From NCBI RefSeq assembly GCF_001194135.2, contig NC_068985.1, positions 4,465,878 through 4,503,252 on the forward strand: 37,375 nucleotides of DNA, in the 5' to 3' direction. Positions 33,144 through 37,375 of the stretch are shown piece by piece. Origin of the DNA: Octopus bimaculoides. Lineage: Eukaryota. How positions within the stretch are numbered: position 1 is the first letter of the stretch; each line of letters begins with the position of its first letter. The notes below the pieces were generated by a model. The model saw nothing but the letters and a program-made list of their open reading frames with translations, was not told the DNA's origin and ran no database searches. Position numbers and translations under genes: made by a program.

Positions 33144-33519
33144 ACATCCTCAAACCTACGAATGATGTTCTTTATATTCAGGATTGTACCGGAAGTGATT
33201 CAAGCGAAATGTGTGAAATATATAAATAATCCATCTTTCAAAAATGGAGGATGAAATATGTGAAGAAAAGCGACAAATGACGAAGTGTATAAATTGTAGC
33301 TTCAAGTCTCACAACAGGCATTTGGTTAATCGTACTACGAGCAGCGATTCTCAGCTCTAGTGTTTCGAATATAATATAGCTTCTTTTAGCTGAGGATTTT
33401 AGTGGTGATTTATATAGGGATAATGTTTGGACGTGTAATGTGTCGACTCTGTTTCAACATGCAAATTATTGATGTTTAATCCTTGGCCGCTTCTGACAAA
33501 GAAGATTCATAACTCGAGT

Positions 33520-33760
33520 ATTTCTTATTTCTTTATTGCCCACAAGGGGCTAAACATAGAGGGGACAAACAAGGACAGACAAAAGGATTAAGTCGATTAC
33601 ATCGACCCCACTCCCTCACTGGTACTTTATTTATCGACCCTGAAAGGATGAACGGCAAAGTCAACCTCGGCGGAATTTGAACTCAGAACGTAACGGCAGA
33701 CGAAATACCGCTAAGCATTATCGCCCGGCGTGCTAACGTTTCTGCCAGCTCACTGCTTTA
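33520..33760 (-). mobile_element. SINE family A (tail type 2) with imperfect TSD
   Basis: Collinear with 17341-17578. Flanks TAACTCGAGTATTTCT (33510-33525) and TAACTTGAATATTTCT (33759-33774). Confidence 0.93.
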
Positions 33761-35204
33761 ACTTGAATATTTCTGTTGAGTTCATCCAACTTTCGGAGGA
33801 TAGCTAAGGCTGTCCTTGCTTTCTTAAATAAAGTAAGGGACGATTTCAGTGAGACTTGCTACTATTTCTAACAGATCGTCAAGCGAAGATGTAAAGTGTT
33901 CCATTCGCTGTACATCACCACTTGTCATTTGGTAATGGCGTCTCCAGCAAGTCTTTTACTTTATCAAAATCCTTTAGCTTCAGTTCAGTTTGCTTTAAAA
34001 CAAGACAAGAATATCCATAACTCTTCCTTGTACCTGTAAACTTATTCATTCAATCAGACGATTTGAAAGGAAAAGATTTCGTTTGATCAAATCTAAAACG
34101 GAAGGTGACTTTACTTTTCAGTCCCCTTGTACTGGCATAAAAATCATATCTAACGATACTAATTATAATGAAGTGAATATTAGCTTGATTACAGCGGAGC
34201 GAATTTAATAACGCTTGTTTCAATATTGATTTTAAATCCCGGTAAATTTCCCGGAATCAACTAAATAAGTACTAGTAACTTATTGGAAATGGTTGATTTG
34301 TCTCTTTACTTCAGTCCAATGCCTCGAGCAGAAGGAAAGGAAATTATTTATGAACGGTTCTAAAAGCAAACTGTACAAAAAAATATATGTAAAAGAAAAT
34401 TGTCAAAAACGATTACGATCTGGCTTTGTTTTATTTTCACAAAAAGAAAATTTTATCGTCCTAATCCACAAAAAGAAATACTTTCACGTCACAGACACTT
34501 ATAACAAGAAAATAGCAATAAAATATTAAAAAAAGTGACATCCAACAGCAATCAAATGAAATGTATGGAAAGAAAAATGAAGACAAATACGTTTCCGCCA
34601 TTTTGATTTCTATCTTTTCCTTTCTAGCCAAGACTTTTATGGTGTTCTTTAGGTATGGCTGTGGTTATTTATCACTTTGGTTAGGGGCTAAGTTATGTTT
34701 TATTTTTTTATTTTTTATGGCTTAGTTTTTACTTTATACCGGTCAGTTATAGTATCTTTTATTGCATGTGAATTTAGAAGAAACTTTACAAAATCTAATT
34801 CAAACATACTGTCTCTGCTGCGGGTATTCACGATATTGCTTCTCCCGGAAGTCAAAACTCTGACTGTTATCGGTAGGTCATGAGGATAGAGTTCCTGGCA
34901 ATCATAACAGCAGTCATGACAAAAGTTGGAATGGCAGCTTTCATTTTAAAACAGTTAAAGAAATACTAGAAAACGTTGTTGATTGGTAGTGGTGATGTTG
35001 TCGTTTCAAAGCAGGTCAACGTTAATCGGGCAGATTCCATAGCCAAAGACATCCCGGCTATAACCAGTCCTTTTCCGATGCATCCATGAGCATATTGTCC
35101 AATGTATCCTTCCTTGTTTATAACGGGAGAATATCCTTTGAAAGGAATTTGCTCACTACATCGAGTAGGGCCACTGACCACACTCACGTTCCATCATTGG
35201 CCCC

Positions 35205-35427
35205 TTATATTGGTTTCGATTTTTGGCACAAGGCCAGCAATTTCGAGGGGATAGACTAAATCGATTAAATCGATCCCAGTCCTCGATTGGTGCTTATTTT
35301 ATCGATACCTAAAGAGTGAAAGGCAAAGTCGACCTCGGCGGAACTTGAACTCTGAAGGTATGACAGACAAAATGCCGCTAAGCATTTAGTCCGGCGTGCC
35401 AATGATTCTGCCTGCTCACCGCCTTAT
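35205..35427 (-). mobile_element. SINE family A (tail type 1)
   Basis: TTGGTTTCGATTTTTGGCACAAGGCC...GAAAGGCAAAGTCGACCTCGGCGGAACTTGAACTC...GATTCTGCCTGCTCACCGCCTTA. Confidence 0.88.
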
Positions 35428-35460
35428 CGGCTCGTAGTAATCCTACTGTATTTATGTTGA

Positions 35461-35522
<62 letters not shown>

Positions 35523-35523
35523 A
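35461..35523. repeat. (TAG)n microsatellite
   Basis: Direct reading. Confidence 0.97.
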
Positions 35524-35646
35524 TTTGCGAAGATACCATTGACTCTGTTATTATCTCGTGTAACAATTTAAAAATGATAATAACAGAATCAATAATATAG
35601 GCGATTGCAGGCCTCAAAAAAAGCATTAAATAAATGAAGGATAAAA

Positions 35647-35973
35647 ATTAATCGAAGGACATACTAAGTTTGTCTACCTGCTAGAAATAACAGTCAAAAC
35701 TCGCCAAAATACACTGATGATAACTACAGAAATCAACCGTCCGAAGGAAAACGGGCTAAGACAATCTCCCAACGTACATTCAAGTATTTGGACTCACGTG
35801 GACCGGTTTCTGGACTGGCAAAAATAGCCTCAGCTATTGGAAGATTGTCGTAGCCCGTTTGCCTTCGGACGGTTGATGTCTGTAGTGATCATGAGTGTAT
35901 TTAGGCGATTTAAATAAGAGTTTTGACTGTTATTTCCAGCAGGTAGACATACTTAGTATGTCCTTTGATTAAT
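35647..35973. mobile_element. Foldback/MITE-like element with ~125-135 bp inverted arms
   Basis: Left arm 35647-35771 pairs with right arm 35837-35973 at roughly 90% identity, with one ~9-nt indel and a ~65-nt spacer. TTAA is present at both ends (35648-35651 and 35969-35972). Confidence 0.85.
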
Positions 35974-35983
35974 CTTATATATA

Positions 35984-36307
35984 TGGCTCAGTGGTTAGCG
36001 CGTCGGGCTCACAATCGCGAGGTAGTGAATTCGTTTCCAGGACCCGTCGGTGTATTGTGTTCTTGAACAAGTCACTTTATTTCACGTTGCCCCAATTCAC
36101 TCAGCTGTAGAAATGAGTTGCAACATCACTGGTGCCAAGCTGTATCGGCCCCTTTGCCTTTCTCTTGGATAACATCCGTGGTGTGGAGATGGGAAAGCTG
36201 GTATGCGTGGGCGACTGCTGGTCTTCAAAAAACAACCTTGCCTCGACTTTTGCCTCGGGGGATAACTCTCTAGGGGCAATCCCATAGTCATTTATGACCG
36301 AGGGGGC
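35984..36307 (+). mobile_element. tRNA-derived SINE, CORE-like family D, near full length
   Basis: A-box TGGCTCAGTGGTTAG, B-box-like GAATTCGTTTCC, CORE-like TTCTTGAACAAGTCACTT...CACTCAGCTGTAGAAATGAG. Possible TSD TTATATATATG / TTATACATATG. Confidence 0.8.
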
Positions 36308-36314
36308 TGTTATA

Positions 36315-36332
36315 CATATGTGTGTGTGTGTA

Positions 36333-36408
<76 letters not shown>

Positions 36409-36500
36409 TGTGTCTGTGTGTGTGTGTGTGTGCGTGTGTGTGTCTGTGTCTGTGTGTCTGTGTGTGTGTGTCTGTGTGTGTGTGAGAGACAGAGAGAGAG
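36315..36500. repeat. Long (TG)n/(TGTGTC)n microsatellite ending in (GA)n
   Basis: Direct reading. Confidence 0.96.
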
Positions 36501-36504
36501 CTGC

Positions 36505-36562
36505 ACCAGACTTGTGTTTTGGCATGGTTTTATGGCTAGATGCCCTTCCTAACGCCAGCTGG
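36505..36562 (-). mobile_element. Short SINE/LINE-tail fragment
   Basis: TTTGGCATGGTTTTATGGCTAGATGCCCTTCCTAACGCCA resembles a recalled mollusc retroposon 3' motif (GGATGCCCTTCCTAACGCC). Single copy here, so not verifiable internally. Confidence 0.4.
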
Positions 36563-37189
36563 GTGCGTTTTATGTGACACCAAACCAAAAGTTTTTCTTT
36601 TATATTTGGAATATTGAAATCCGAAGCACATTAAGCTTGCAAATATTGAGCTTAAAATCCCTTTGGATAGCAAAAGTGGAAGCCTGTCTCACCAACAACC
36701 TTCGACTTTCCTTACCCAAAAGTTCTTTTCTTAAACCCAATATTCACACGCTGTCCTTCATGGCTTTGCATTCTTCGAGTGTCAATGTTCCAAAAAACAA
36801 TGTGCGTGTATGTCTATATGTATCCTGCTTGTTATCATTTCAATAATTACTTAGGGATGTAAAGCTAATTGTAAGAATTCTAATTGCATATATCTTCGAT
36901 AATTACAAGGAAACCTACGAGTAAGAAACTATGAACACATTTGAATTCTTCAGAGAGATTAAAGAAAACATCTTAACGAGATTAAACGTATTTAGTGGAA
37001 TATGTTACTAAGAGGGAAATGTTTGCGAATGATGTATAAATGAGGGATAAAATTGAAAACGAAAAAAAGAGTATGTTCTATTCCTGAACGATAGACTGAT
37101 CCATGTACGTAGTAATTATTTAAGATAAGTGCCTTTTATCGATTTAGTTTTAAAATGGAGTGATTACGACATTTTCTAATTAAACTAAG

Positions 37190-37333
37190 GCTATGCATGC
37201 ATGTGTATGTATGTATGCATGTATGTAAGTGTGTATGTGAGCGTGTATAGCTGTAATGTGTGTGTGTATCTATGTGCGTACGGATCTACACATGTGTGTA
37301 TATGTATATATACATATGTAAATATATATATAC

Positions 37334-37365
<32 letters not shown>

Positions 37366-37375
37366 ATATATATAT
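37190..37375. repeat. (TATG)n/(TG)n/(TA)n low-complexity end of window
   Basis: Direct reading. Confidence 0.9.

Noticed and set aside
35712-35735. CTGATGA…GAAAT in the foldback arm; also CTGATGA at 4735 and 31618, and CCGATGA…GAAAC at ~16620
   Set aside because: No pairable stem II between the core strands; chance matches.
1-37375. CRISPR arrays, prokaryotic operons, rRNA genes, telomeric arrays
   Set aside because: No regularly spaced repeat-spacer pattern, no dense long ORFs, no rRNA similarity and no TTAGGG arrays. The window is eukaryotic repeat-rich DNA.

Overview
AT-rich eukaryotic DNA that is almost entirely non-coding and dominated by repeats. It has four assembly gaps, all inside or next to microsatellites. 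I infer octopus/coleoid cephalopod origin from the SINE families and microsatellite density, as recalled rather than searched. No host protein-coding gene is recognisable, and most listed ORFs are microsatellite read-through or antisense to transposons. Supported content: about 20 copies or fragments of four tRNA-derived SINE families (several with target-site duplications); decayed LINE fragments (two RTE, one RTE-X-like, one R4/Dong-like, one L1/Tx1-like ORF1); two Penelope-like fragments with GIY-YIG remnants; two small TIR elements; and a ~330 bp foldback element. Best leads: (1) a hammerhead-ribozyme motif with an intact core at 28040-28084(-); (2) a composite element at 21791-22638(-) with a tRNA-like Pol III head, an (AAT)n linker and a hammerhead-bearing tail, which resembles a SINE/retrozyme; (3) long inverted structures that could form dsRNA; (4) an E-box/CCAAT/TATA module at ~13250-13352. 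Several splice-flanked open segments are listed only as weak hypotheses. All alignments and translations were done by eye.
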